Assembly (NCBI RefSeq): GCF_009834535.1
Contig: NC_045696.1
Coordinates: 2,234,001 to 2,298,000, forward strand
Source of the DNA: Camelus ferus
Lineage: Eukaryota
Length of the DNA stretch: 64,000 bases
Direction: 5' to 3'
Positions 36,130 to 48,150 of the stretch are shown piece by piece. The notes beneath the pieces were generated by a model. The model made no database searches, was not told the origin of the DNA, and worked only from the letters and a program-made list of their open reading frames with translations. Position numbers and translations under genes: made by a program. Within the stretch, counting starts at the first letter, position 1, and each line of letters begins with the position of its first letter.

Positions 36130-36920
36130 ATCCTGCCCCGCACCGGGCGGGCACCTTCGATACTCCCTGCCGAGCAGTGCCCACCCCCGCGGGGCCTGGA
36201 CCACTCCCTCTCCAGGGAGCCTGACGGCCGCGCCCCCTCCTCCCGTGTCCTGCAGGCCCGCCCCCACCCCCGCCCTCTGACTCAGACGCCAGGGGAGGAT
36301 GACACCAAAGCCGGGGTGGGGGAATGACCCTGCAGCCCACGACCCTTGGTCCCGAGAGGGTGCCCGCGGGGGTCCCAGGTTGCGGCCGTGGTCCTGACGC
36401 CAGCGCATCGCGACCCGGACGCCCCGCGCCGCATTCTCGCCCCGACGCCCCGCGCCGCAGTCCCGACTCAGGATCAACCCCCAACCGCCGCTCGCCATGG
36501 TTCCGCCCGCGTGTCACGTGACCGCCGCGCCAAGTCCAGGTGCTCGGCGTCCGTCCGCCACTCCCGCGAGTGTCCGCCGCTCCTAAGTGCCCGCTGCTGT
36601 TTCGGGACCGCCGCTCGCTGCCGAGATGATGTGCGGTGCGCCCTCCGCCACGCAGCCGGCCACGGCCGAGATCCAGGCCGTCGCCGACCAGGTCAGGGCT
36701 GCAAGGGGCAGATGGGGTCCCCGGGGCCGGGGTCGTGCGCCGGCATCGCCGCTGGGACGGAGGAGGTGCGCCCCTGCGCATCCTGCCGAGGGCCGGGGGT
36801 GGGCGCTGGACCGATGCCCCTCTGCGCCGCGGAAGCGCGCTCGGGGGTGTCCACAGGCGAGGGGACGCGATGTGACGGTTGGGGAAAGGCGGTTAGCAAA
36901 CGGTGCAGCGGGTGGGGTAA
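36130..36920. promoter_or_regulatory. CpG-island promoter of CSTB with palindromic E-box GTCACGTGAC (36513-36522) and GC boxes
   Basis: High CpG density around exon 1; motifs read directly from sequence. Confidence 0.85.
36626..36691 (+). CDS. CSTB: CSTB coding exon 1 (66 nt)
   Basis: ATG ATG TGC GGT...GAC CAG then donor GTCAGG. Confidence 0.97.
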
Positions 36921-39900
36921 AAAGTCACCATGAGTGAGTCTGGGGACAGGGTACACAGGCTTCCCAGGTTTATACTGTTATTCTAGTACTTTGTGTAAGT
37001 TTGAAATGATCTCCAAATGAAATGTATCGAAACAGAAACCAGGCCGGGTTGCAGAGGCAGAGCCGGCTTCAGACCCTGGGCAGCTAGCTGCCCCCTCATG
37101 GCTTTCCCAAGAAGCCACCTGCACCCAAGGACCTGGCGTGGGTGGGATGGGCACCCAAGGACCTGGCGTGGGTGGGATGGGTCGGGCCTGCCCTTGTGTG
37201 TCAGCAAAGTCAGCGCACCAGAAGCCTTGGGTTCTGATAAGAAAAGTAAGACAAACTTGTCTTTTAATTTTCGTAAACTTAACTTTCATAAACCCGAGGG
37301 CGTGAGAAGCCCCATGCCCTCTCTCCTGTGGTTTTGACGTTTGCAGGCAGTAAGGAGTGGTGGTGAGTCAGTCTCATGAGACCTTGGAAAATGAGGAATT
37401 TGCAGGGACTCCAGTGTGAGCCAGGCCAGGAGGTGGTTCTTGGCCCTTCCCCACAGCCACACAGAGCCCAGCCTTCCCACTGCTTCCTGGTTCTCCCCGC
37501 TTGTCATGTGAACTTGGAAGCCGTGTAAGCTCATTCGGGACAGAAGAGTTGCTGTCCCAAAGAGCTCTTGAATGATTCGGTGTCGATTACTTGAAAGTCT
37601 TGAGAGTCGTTGCTACTGGGAGGAACTCTGAGGCAGGAATGAGGGGGCCGCCCGTGTGCTGGGTGGTCTCCTAGAGGGGCAGGGGCACCGTCTGTGGCCC
37701 TCTGTACTGACCGCTTTCGGGAGCGTCCTGGGCTGCAGAGGAGAACAGAGGCCAGAGACTGACCACTGGCCGGAAGGACATCAAAGCGGTGCACTCCGTC
37801 CCCACCTCCTGGAGTCGTCCTGTGCCTTCCCTGGCCCTCTGTGCCACCTGGGCTCGGAACTGGCAGCTTCCTAACGACCCTGGGCCTTCTGCGCTTCCCT
37901 TGGCTGCGGCCCAGCCCATCTTTCTCCCGGTCAGAGACAGTGTCAGTGAGCTGCCCTCACGCAGGCAGCGGCCTGGCCAGACATTCGAGGCCTCCACGTT
38001 GCCTGTTCCACCACCTCCATTTGGGTTTTCTCACCAGTCCTTGCAAACATCAGGGGATCCCCTGCCTCCACTCCTGAAAAGGGCAAAGAAAGAGGCAGTT
38101 CCTTCCCTGACTGCGGGCGGGTTTGTGGGTGTCGCTCACCCCTGGTCTGGTGGACTGTCTGCAGGGTCAGTTCCCTGCAGAGGGAGCCCGGCATCTTGCA
38201 GGAGGACGGGCGTTACAGGGAGGTATTCAGACGCAGATGGGCCCTGGCCCCGGGGCACACGCACACACCCCTGTGGCAGCCGCACTGAGATGGCAGAGGT
38301 GCAGCGGGACCTGCCTTCCTGTGCCTGCCCCTCCCTCCTGCCCTGTCTGCCCACCGCGACACCAGGGAGCGCCCCTCCCTGAAGGCGCTGGAAGGCCACG
38401 CAGCCTTTGCCACAGTGACTGACTTGTGCGAGTGACCGTGATCCCGTCTCCCAGCCAGCTCTGGTGCCTGCAGTAACCCAGGCAGCAGCCAGCGCACTTT
38501 CAACCAGATGAGATTCTGAGGTGGAAACAAAACCAGCCTGCTCTCCCCTTCCTCCGGAAAGATGCTCAGTTCCTGAGAGGCCAAGACCCCGGAAACCAGG
38601 ACTGGTCCAGAAGTGTGATCACTGTCTGACACTTAAGGTCAGGATCAGCCGTGGCTGAAGGCGCCGCGTCCTAGAGAAATCACCTAAAAATGAATCCTGC
38701 TGCATCAGTAAAGCTGCTGCGTTGTCTGTCACAGAAGAAACTGGGACTGCTTAAGAGAATTAAGGTGCCCCCTAGAAGATGGAAGATCAAATTTAACATT
38801 GAATTTAGTTTAACATTTTTAAGTGTTCTCGTTTTTAATTTTAAAAGAGTAATTTAAAACCCGTATATGGGGAGGGAAGGGTATAACTCAAGTGGTGCAC
38901 AGGCTTAGCCTGCCGGAGGTCCTGGGTTCGATCCCCAGTACCTCCATTAAAAAAAAAAATTAAATAAATAGACTTAATTACCTCCCCCTCCCCCCAAAAA
39001 AACTATATAGGAGCATTCAAGTGAGCTGCTCACTAAGTAAAAAGGAAAGCAGGGTATGAGCTTGTCTATAGTGTCGTGACAACAATGTGAAACCCTCCTG
39101 TGCCGGGAAGAGGAAGGACAGCGATGTGGGGAAATAGCACCGCTGAGACCTCGGCGGAATCGAGGCGCTGTTTGCTGTACCTTGTCACCAGTGCGCAGTC
39201 TCATGTCTCTGCTCGGTTGTGACACTCGCGTCATAGAAAGTCCGTAGAGGGTGCGTGTTAGAACCCGGCCCATCGCGCGTGGCAGAGGTCGGCTCGTGTG
39301 TGAGTCCCTCGGGCAGGAGCGAAGCTGCCACGTCTCCCTGTGCTCCCGCCCCCCAGGTGAAGGCACAGCTGGAGGAGAAGGAGAATAAGAAGTTCTCCCT
39401 GTTTAAGGCTGTGGAGTTCAAGAGCCAGGTGGTTGCCGGCAGGAACTTCTTCATCAAGGTGGGTGTCAGCCTCACAGGGGGGTCTGGCCCGAGGTGGGGC
39501 CTCGTGGGTGCCAGGGCAGGGTGCTAAGGGGGGTCCTGTGGCAGCCCCCAGCATCAGGGAGTCATGGCCCTTTAATGAGTGTGTGCGTGCACTCCGGCCT
39601 CCTTGGAGGAGAGGACCGAGCTTTGGGGGGACTCAGGGTTCTGATGGGGTGATTGTGGGGTGTCGGGTGCTGACTGGGGCCGCGAGGAAGGAGGAAGGTG
39701 GGGATGGCATCGGCCCCGTCCCCGGGGACCTGAAGGGGCATGGCTTCCAGGCGTCCAGGGTCTTTGTCCGAGCCCAGTCCAGTGGAGCAGGGAACTTGGG
39801 GTCTGAGGCAGCACCTAACGTCTCCCTCGACTCTCCTTCCAGGTTCAGGTTGACGATGAGGAGTTCGTGCACCTTCGAGTATTTGAGAGCCTCCCACACG

Positions 39901-39971
39901 AAAACAAGCCCCCGGCCTTGGCCAGCTACCAGACCAACAAAGCCAGGCACGACGAGCTGTCCTACTTCTAG
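36626..39971 (+). CDS. CSTB: Cystatin B (stefin B), 3 coding exons, 98 aa
   Basis: [99 protein letters not shown]-terminal Gly4 and QVVAG inhibitory motif; no signal peptide. Confidence 0.98.
37121..37180. repeat. Perfect 30-bp tandem duplication in CSTB intron 1
   Basis: GCACCCAAGGACCTGGCGTGGGTGGGATGG x2. Confidence 0.95.
38868..39003 (+). mobile_element. tRNA-Ala-derived SINE (Vic-1-like) in CSTB intron 1
   Basis: GGGTATAACTCAAGTGGT...GGTCCTGGGTTCGATCCCCAGTACCTCCATTAAAAAA...TAATTACCTCCCC. Confidence 0.8.
39357..39458 (+). CDS. CSTB: CSTB exon 2 (102 nt)
   Basis: Contains QVVAG; CAG / GTGGGT. Confidence 0.97.
39843..39971 (+). CDS. CSTB: CSTB exon 3 coding part (129 nt incl. TAG)
   Basis: [22 protein letters not shown]...ELSYF*; polypyrimidine tract and CAG acceptor. 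Confidence 0.97.
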   Translation, partial: VQVDDEEFVHLRVFESLPHENKPPALASYQTNKARHDELSYF

Positions 39972-42174
39972 TCCCGGATTCTGACAGCCTGCCGCCCGCT
40001 GGCCCTCTCCTCTGCGGGCGTGTGCCTGGGCCGCTGCCCCTCGGGGTGGGGGCGGGCTGCCCCTGGGCCTCTGTTCCTCACTTCCATCATGTGCTTTTTC
40101 CTGCCAGTCAATGATCTTAACTAAATTGCTTTCAAGGACAGCTTGTGTTACCTTTAAATATATATCTTTTCGGTCTTTTTGAGCATCCTCTGTTTGGGTT
40201 TTTTCATTCATCAAAAGCCATCATCACCATATAGAAGTGTCCCGAGGTGAGAGCTGTCCTGGGGGAGCCCCTGCTGGGCCCCGCGCAGCCTGAGGTGCTG
40301 CGCCCCGGGGCTGCCCAACGTCACAGCGGGTGGGATTCCTGGAGCCGGAGTTCTAACCACAGCTCCGCATGCTGTCTCTGCGACTCCTATCTCCAGGCCT
40401 CTGCTTCCCCCTATAAAACAAACAGGCTTTGAGTCAATCTGATTCTCGAACATTCGCTCTCGACGCAGTCAGACACGTTGACACATTTCTCCACCCGGTA
40501 GAGAGGCACAGGCAAGCCTGCAGGTGACACAGGCGACCTCGCTGCGCTGACCAGCGCGGGGCTGTCTCGTGCTCACCCGCGGAGCCGCCTGAGCTCAGAA
40601 GCCGGAGCATCGGCGAGAGCAGGCCTGTTTCCGTGCTCTCTGGTCTCGGCAGCCGTCCCTGCCCGTTCGCGGAGTCAGCGCGGTGGTGACTTTGCCGTGT
40701 GTCTGTGAGGTGGGATAAGAAGGAGTGCGCCCTACGTGGGAAGAGTGAAGACCGCGAGGTCTCTCTGTGGTCCAGGGTCCTGGCAGGTCCGTCCCCGAGC
40801 TCGGCCAGAGCCTCTCGCGTTCCTGAGTCCCGCTGTGCCGTTGGGCTTTGTGCCAGGCGGGGCCGTCCAGGTCGTGCGGGCAGCAAACAGACCTTTGAAA
40901 GCAGAGTAAGAAAACGCTGGGTCATGAGCAGTGTGCGTCCTGTTCTCTTTCCATGATCTGTAAGAATAGAAAACTTCCAAAAAATAAAAAACTTAAAAAC
41001 AGAATAGAAAACGTCCCTAACGTGCTCTTGGTCTTGGAAAACAAGAGCAAGCGAGCAATTTCGCACTGAGAGGCCGACCCGATAGACTTCCCTCCGGGAG
41101 CTCCCAGTGCCGGGTGGCAGGGAGGTGCCACTCGGGTGCAGCCGCTGGCGGGGAGCGGGGAGCGGGGACGGAGGGCAGATCTCACCAGCAGGGACAGTGA
41201 CCGCTTAACGGGTGCAGGTGTTTTCTCAGGTGATGGTGCATTTTTGAAGCCACAGGTGGCGGTGCACGACGTCGTGAAGGCGCTCAGCGCTAGGGGCTGC
41301 GCCCTTCGCAGTGGTGGTGCCGCCTGCTGTGTGAACTTGGCCTCGCGGAGCGCGTCTCAGCCCCTCTGCTCTTCCTCCTCTGCGCTCTTACCCGCGGCGG
41401 TGCTCACCTTTGCGGCCTTTAAGGGTTGAATGACCAAGGATCACACGTTTGAAGGGCTGCCTGCCCGCTGGCCCCCAGGCCCCGGGTCTGTGTGTGTCCC
41501 TGAGCTCTCGGAGAAGGAGAGGGAATTACCCAGACCAGTGCCCAGCTGGCCGCGGAGGTGGCGGCTTCTGGGGGCTGGAGGTGCGCCAAGAGGGTTTCTG
41601 GGGCGCGGGCAGGACGGGCTCTTCCAGGGGAGACAGACCAGGGGCGCGGCCAAGGCACTCGGGGACCTTGCCTGCGGCCAGCTGTGCAGCCCTGGGCGGT
41701 GTAGCCCCGAGGGGACCAGTAGCAGCAGAGATTGAAGGGGAACGGGGCTTGGGGGCCGTGCGGTCTGGTCACCTCCCTGGGTGGAGAGGCTGCGGCTTCC
41801 GTCTGTGCCCTGCGGCTGCGTGTGGGAGACGGGGACGGAGGTGCCACTTCAGCAGGGCTCTGCAGGTCTGGCCCCGCCGTGTCACAGTCTTCAGGAGCCT
41901 TGAAACTCAGTAGGTTCTGTAGGTCTGAGTGAGCCCACGACTGCCCCCAGTGAAGCTCTCTGGGGGTCCTGAAGGCAGCAGGGTTGAGACCGGCGGGTAA
42001 GCCCTGGAGGACGAGGACGCGGGCAGGTTGTAGCCGCGCACCTGCAGATGGCGGGGAGCCGGGCTGCGGCCCCACCCATTTGCTCTCGGCCAGCGGCAAG
42101 TCCGTGCTTCGGGGAGCCCCTCTGCTGACCTGGGGCAGCTCCGGGGTCCCGCCAGAGCAGCAGCTCTACACGCG

Positions 42175-42580
42175 GTGAGTCCTGGGGCTGCCATAACAAA
42201 CCACCACGGACCACCACAGACCGGGGGCTTGTGGCGGGAGACAGCTTTGCTCACAGTTCTGGAGGCCAGGAGCTGAAAACGGAGCTATCGCAGGCCACGT
42301 TCCGTCCGCAGGCTAGCGGGGAGGCCCCTTCCTGCCTCTTCCAGCTCCTGCGTCTCTCCAATCTCTGCCCCCGTCTCCACGTGACCCTCCTCCTGGGTTC
42401 GGGTGGCTCCAGTCTTGCTCTTACAAAGACACCAGTCGTGTCTGACTCAGGGCCTGCCCGGCCCCAGGAGGGCCTCCCCTAACCGGGTCCCGTCTGCAAA
42501 GACCTTATTTCCAAATAAGGCCACATCCACAGGTGCCGGGGTCAGGACACAGACAGGTGTTTGGGGGACACAATTCAATG
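42175..42580. mobile_element. MLT1-type LTR
   Basis: GGGCTGCCATAACAAACCACCAC...TCACAGTTCTGGAGGCCAG...TCTGCAAAGACCTTATTTCCAAATAAGG. Confidence 0.7.
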
Positions 42581-43759
42581 ACGACCTAAGTCACGCTGAG
42601 TGGCCTGTATCCATATTAGCCTCCTACTGCAGCTAATGCACCATGCCCCCCGCCCCCACCCCCGAGACCCCGCCCACCTGGCACCCCCCACTGCCACCTG
42701 CACACACGAGCCGGTCCTGGGCGTGCAGGACGTTCCTTCCAGCGCAGGCCTGTGTCTCCCCCCTTGCTGGGCTGGGACGTGGCTGTGACCAGAGGTGGTG
42801 GAGGCACGTAGGGAGGGAGCAAATGTCAGCCTGTGAGGAGCGGACTCAGGCGTATGGCTGCTGCTCTGTCTCGCGGGGCAGGAGCTGCTCTCCTTCAGCA
42901 GAGGCGAGGGCAGTGGGCGGTGCCACCTCGGGCATCAGGGGAGTCAGGGCTTCGAGGACCTCAGACTTGACCTCCCCACGCCCCATCCAAGGCCTCCGGG
43001 CCCCAGGTCCCTCGGCCTGTGGCTGCATCACTCCAGCTCTGCCTCTGTCTGTCGTCACGGGTCTATGTTCCTCTTCATCTTTCCAGGACACCAGCCATCA
43101 GATTTAGGGCCACACTCATGCCGTGTGACCTCCTTTTCACTAGGACATCTGCAAAGACTCTTATTTCCAAACAAAATCACCTTCTGAGGTTCTGCTGCCC
43201 CTGACTTGCTGGAAGACACTGTTGAATTTGGGGGAGACACCTGTCAAAGCTAAATTTAGCATCCTTTTCAAGGGTGCGACCTTTGTAACCAAACCCTGAA
43301 TTCTACCCTCACCGTGGGCAAATGATGTGGAATGTGAATTCTATCTCAATAAAGCTTCAGGAGGGACGGGAGGGAGGGGGAAGGGATGGGTGCCTACTGT
43401 CCTCCCCCTCCCCCTTCCCTTCCCCGACTCAGGCTGCAGTGTGGACTTGATAGTTAGCCACCTCCGAGGTCACAGACGTGGATGAGGGCCACACTCCCAG
43501 GAAGGCAGAGCCACAAGGCCGAAGGGGCCCGGACTAGCCTTCCGCAGATTGAGACTCTGCTGCTGGGGACAGCCCGAGTCTGCCCCCACGGGGACCTTCT
43601 TCACTGCCGTAACTGAGGCAGAATTCCAGATGGGACGAGGCTGTGTGGCTGTGATCCCAGAGGCCTCTGGAAAGTTCCAGGCAATGAACACAGGCCAGGC
43701 CCTGAAGGACCCCAGCCGATGCACGCTGAGCTGAATGGGTCTTGAACAAGGTCCTCCAT

Positions 43760-43858
43760 GTGCTCACTTCCCTGTTCTGAAATTGGAGTGACAGAGGAAG
43801 ATCAGCATGAACTCTGTACAAGGATGACATGCAAATTCGTGAAGCGTTCCAGGTTTTT
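43760..43858 (+). pseudogene. U6 snRNA retropseudogene
   Basis: GTGCTCACTTC...AAATTGGAGTGACAGAGGAAGATCAGCATG...CAAGGATGACATGCAAATTCGTGAAGCGTTCCAGGTTTTT follows U6 end to end, with substitutions and a 5' stem-loop deletion. Confidence 0.92.
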
Positions 43859-45383
43859 ATCAACTATCCTCCAATCAATCAATCAATCAATCAAACATCA
43901 TATACATTTTTTTTAAAAAACGTCTCCAGGGACAGAAGGCAGAGGTGCCAGGCAAACCTGTAAGGTCAGCCCAGCTCAGCAGTCGCTGTGAAGGTGTGCG
44001 TGGAGCACCACGGGCAGAGGAAGGACTCCAAGGCAGAGCTGCGGGGCCAGCGGAGTCATAGCTGGACCCTGATGGCAGTGCCTCCTGGCCTCCCGTGCGT
44101 CGCCCCCCTTTCAGTCAGGACAGCCACACCTGCCTGGGAGGGGACCTGATCTCCACACCGCCAAGCCCCGCAGCTGCCATCAACCCCCTCCCTGGCTCGG
44201 CCCCGACCCCGCAGAACCCGCGCCTCGGCAGCTCCGTCCACCAGCCTCCCCTCTGCTGGCCAAAACTCCCTGGGCGCGTGTTGTGTCTTGAACGGCCTTT
44301 GCCACGCGGTCGGTGCCCTGGTGACGAGGGCAGTAAAGCCTTGGCACGTGCTTACTCTCAATCTGTCTGATAGCTATGCTTTTTAACATTTTGAAAAATG
44401 TACTTTGATAAAAAACAAATGTTGAGAGTCCATTTGCAGGCTCTGCCACAGAAGTGGTCAGATGGAATTTCAGCCCTATCGGCTCTGCTTTAATATTTAT
44501 ATATTTTCACGGTCCTTTAACATTCTTTCAGAAAAGTGCACAAAAGATGAACATGTCATTGTGACTCAAACACTGGCATAACCATCTCTTCAGCTGAGAA
44601 ACAATACTGCTGGTTTCTGGGTCTCCGGAAGTTTCCTTCCTTCCTGGAGATAACGGCTGCCCTGAAACCTGTCACAGCTGGTTCCTCGATTTTCTCTGAT
44701 TTTGCCCAGAAAAATGCCATTGACTTTGGCTCTTCTTCAGAGGTCTATCAGTGGATTCGCACCGCATGTGGTCTTTTGGCTCAGCCTGTGTGCGGTGGCC
44801 CCACACCATCATGTGTGGGTGCAGTTCTCTGCCAAGCGTGGCTGGCAGTGTCCCCCTCGCTGAATGCACGTGTCCACTCTACTGGTGATGGACACAGGCT
44901 GTATGTCCAGTGTGGGACCAACATTATCAGCATGCTGTGGACGTTTGAGCATCTCTCTTGTTCTCCGGGGCGTGTTCCTAGGAATCCCACTGCTGGGTCC
45001 AGGGCTGCAAGAATCCACCACTTCCCTGGAGGACGCCAACTGTTGTTCAAAGTCGGGGTAATAATGTGTGTTCTCTCCGCATCGGACCGGAACTGCTGCC
45101 TTACATCCTTGCCAATCTGGTGTGCGGTGGAATCCAGTACTGATTTTAGTTTGACCCCTCCGATTACAAATAAAGTTAAATATTTTTTTCATGCGTCTCT
45201 TGGACATTTGAATTTCTTCTTTTACAAAGAGTCTCTTCAATCCTCTTGCTCGTTTTTCTTTTAGGTAGTGTCTACCTTTTCCTTACAGAAATTTCTTAAA
45301 TTCTGGGCGCTAATCCTATCAGTTTAATGTGTCGGAACTATCCCCTCCTACTCTGTGGTTTTTGCTTTTCTTTTTTTTCCCAG

Positions 45384-45496
45384 TTTTTTTGTAGGGGAGG
45401 TAATTAGGTTTGTTTGTTTGTTTAATGGAGGTTCTGAGGATTGAACCCCGGACTTGTGCATGCTAGCCCACTCTATCGCTGAGCTATACCCTCCCC
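45384..45496 (-). mobile_element. tRNA-Ala-derived SINE (Vic-1-like)
   Basis: Reverse complement reads GGGGAGGGTATAGCTCAGCG...AGCATGCACAAGTCCGGGGTTCAATCCTCAGAACCTCCATTAAA. Confidence 0.8.
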
Positions 45497-47544
45497 GCCT
45501 TATTCTTTTTCTCTAAGGTACAGTTTTCGAGGTATGGTTACCCACTGTGAAATGCCGTGTTCGGTTTGACAAATTTTGAAAAACCCACGTAGCTAACACC
45601 TCCACCAACATGCAGACGCTCCCTCGTGCCCAGCTGGTCGTTCCCACTCTCACTCCCGGGGGGGCCCTTCTCATTCCTGTCCCCGTGGGTGAATTTTGCC
45701 TGCTCTCAAATCATGCCTTGGTGCACTTGTGTTTCTGGCTTCTTTTGCTCAGTGTAAGGTTTTCGAGGGTCGTTGTGTTGCTATGCGCTTCAGTTAAGTT
45801 TGTTCCTTGTTAAAGCAGAGTAGCTTTTCAGTCTACGGCTATACCAGCGTTTGTTTATCCATTCTCACGTTGACTCTGATAAACATGCTTTTGATTGAAG
45901 TGTAGTTGGTTTACAATGTTGTGTTAATTTCTGGTGTTCAGCAGAGTGATTCCGTTATATATATATATGTATATACTTATGTTTTTCTTTTAATGCTCTT
46001 TTTCACTAGGGGCCATTACAAGGCACTGAGTGCAGCTCCCTGTGCGGCACAGTGGGACCTTGCGGTTTATCTGCGTTATGCATAGTGCGTATCTCTAAAT
46101 CCCAACTGAGAACCATGCTAGTGTTCATCAGTATCTTCCCTTACGGCCGGTGCTTGTGTGTTCACTTAAGCAACCTCTCCTTGCTCTGAGGCCATGACTA
46201 ATCTCCCAAACCATTGCCGAAAGCTTTATAGCCGTCCCTTTCACAGGTAGGCCTGTAATTCACCTGGGGCTGATTTTTCAGGTCCCAGATGAGACGACGG
46301 TCAGGGAGCATTTTCTGCAGCCACCCTCTTCTGCCAGCACCACGTATGTAAAAGCCTGCCTACAGGCCACGCCGCCTGCAAGCTGGCACCAGACGGCCTG
46401 TTCGGGGCTGTCCTTTTTTGGCGTTTGTTCACCTGGCTGTTCCTCCAACTGTCTCAGTTGCCGTATTTCATCAGTTCTAAGATGCAACCGTCTTCCCCAC
46501 AACGTTATGTTGTCTCTGAAACTGGGTTGGTCTTATCATCAATGGTGTCTTGGATCCAGCAAAATATGGCCCTTTTAACTTGAGATTGGGTAGATCAAGT
46601 CCTCCCAAGCTGTCCTTCTGGGCAAGCATCTTGGATGTGTAACATCGTGTGAAAAGCTGACACGCGTCCACAGCAGGGATAAAAGGTTAACACCTCTAAC
46701 ACACAAAGAGCTCTTACAAGGGGGGAGAAGAGGATGGAAGACAATTCGACAGAGTATTAACACTTCCACTGAACTCTCTTACCGAGCGAGGAGCACAGCG
46801 GGCCGCGCCGAGAGCCCACCTCCGTCCTGGTAGCCCAGCATCCGCCGGCAGGCGTGCTCACCGCCCGGGGCCGGCTCTGGAGAAAAGGCCTCACACCTGC
46901 CTGTGACCCACAGAAGGGTGCCGCCCTGGCAGGAGCGCGGGCGATGTGCCCTCCAGCTGGCGCCCCTCTGCACGCTGGTGGGTAGCCCTGGCCCCTGGTC
47001 CTTTGTGCCCCTGATGTGACTGCAAGCGCTGTGTCCGCAGTGCCCGGCACCCGCCAGGTAGCTGACAGGCGGAAGAGGGCGGAATCTCTCATGCGGTTCA
47101 GGGCTCCACCTACCACGTGCTCCCAGCTCGCCTCTGGCGGACCTGCCCCTGGGCCCTGCCACGGCAGCTCCAGCGCTGGCGTCCCACCCAGCGGGACCCA
47201 CCCTCAAAAGCCCAGGGGGGCATGCACCCCCGGGGTGAACTTTGACCAGGGTTGGAGGAGATGGGAGGGAGCAGCTGATGCAGAGGTCCCCGCGGGCCCT
47301 GCAGATGACCCCGTGTGACCCAGCAGCCCGGCGGGTCTCCAGGCCAGTGGCCAGGCACACACTGCCTGGCACACTCTCTCCCTCTCCTGTCCTCTGCCCT
47401 TTTCTGTCCTCACCCAGCACCCTGAGAGGCACCTCCCTCCTTAACACTGGAGATCCAGAAAGGTGCCCAAGGCTGGGCTCGCTCCACCCACCCATCATGC
47501 GGTTGAATAGCCCGCCCTCACCTCGTGTCCCAGTGCCCGAGCCT

Positions 47545-48150
47545 GGGTCTGTCGCCTAACACAGCAGAAGGGACTTTGCAGGTGCAATTAAGCTAAGGGT
47601 CTTGAGATGGGGAGATGGTCCCGGGGTAGCCGGCTGGGCCCAGTGCCATCGCAGGGTCCCTATGAGAGGCAGGCAGGAGGGTCCATGTCAGGGAGACCAA
47701 GGAGGCCTCACTGCTGCTTTGAAGAGGAAGGAGGGGCCACGGGACAAGGAAAGCAGGTGCCTCTGGGAGCAGGAAAAGGCAGGGAAGAGACTGTCCCTGG
47801 AGACCCCAGAAGGACCCACTCTGCCCACCCACTTTTTTTATTGAGGTCTTGGTGTGCAGCATTACATAAGTTTCAGGTGCTCAACAGTGACTCGCAGTTC
47901 TTAAGCCAAACTCCACTTACATTAACCTAAGACACCGGCTGTATTCCCCGTGCTGCACCATGTCTCCTTGTAGCTTATTTCGGGCAGAACAGTTGGTACA
48001 TCTCATACCCTCTCCCCGCGGGTAACCATTCGTTTGTTCTCTAGATCCGTGAGTTCCCGACCCCCTTCTAGGCTTCTGACCTCCAGACTATAAGAGAATG
48101 AATCTGTGCTGCTCTGAGCCCCTCAGTCGGTGGGAGCGTGTTCTGGCCCC
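47545..48150. mobile_element. MLT1-type LTR interrupted by a minus-strand L1 3' fragment (about 47835-48050)
   Basis: GGGACTTTGCAGGTGCAATTAAG...CTTGAGATGGGGAGAT...TTCTGACCTCCAGACTATAAGAGAATGAATCTGTG; inner block starts TTTTTTATTGAGG. Confidence 0.65.

Noticed and set aside
36400..36470. Human-type CCCCGCCCCGCG dodecamer array
   Set aside because: No tandem dodecamer is present, only the related 16-bp direct repeat reported above.
43760..43858. Functional U6 snRNA gene
   Set aside because: The 5' stem-loop is deleted, the ACAGAGA box is altered, no upstream TATA/PSE is evident, and it carries retro-insertion hallmarks.
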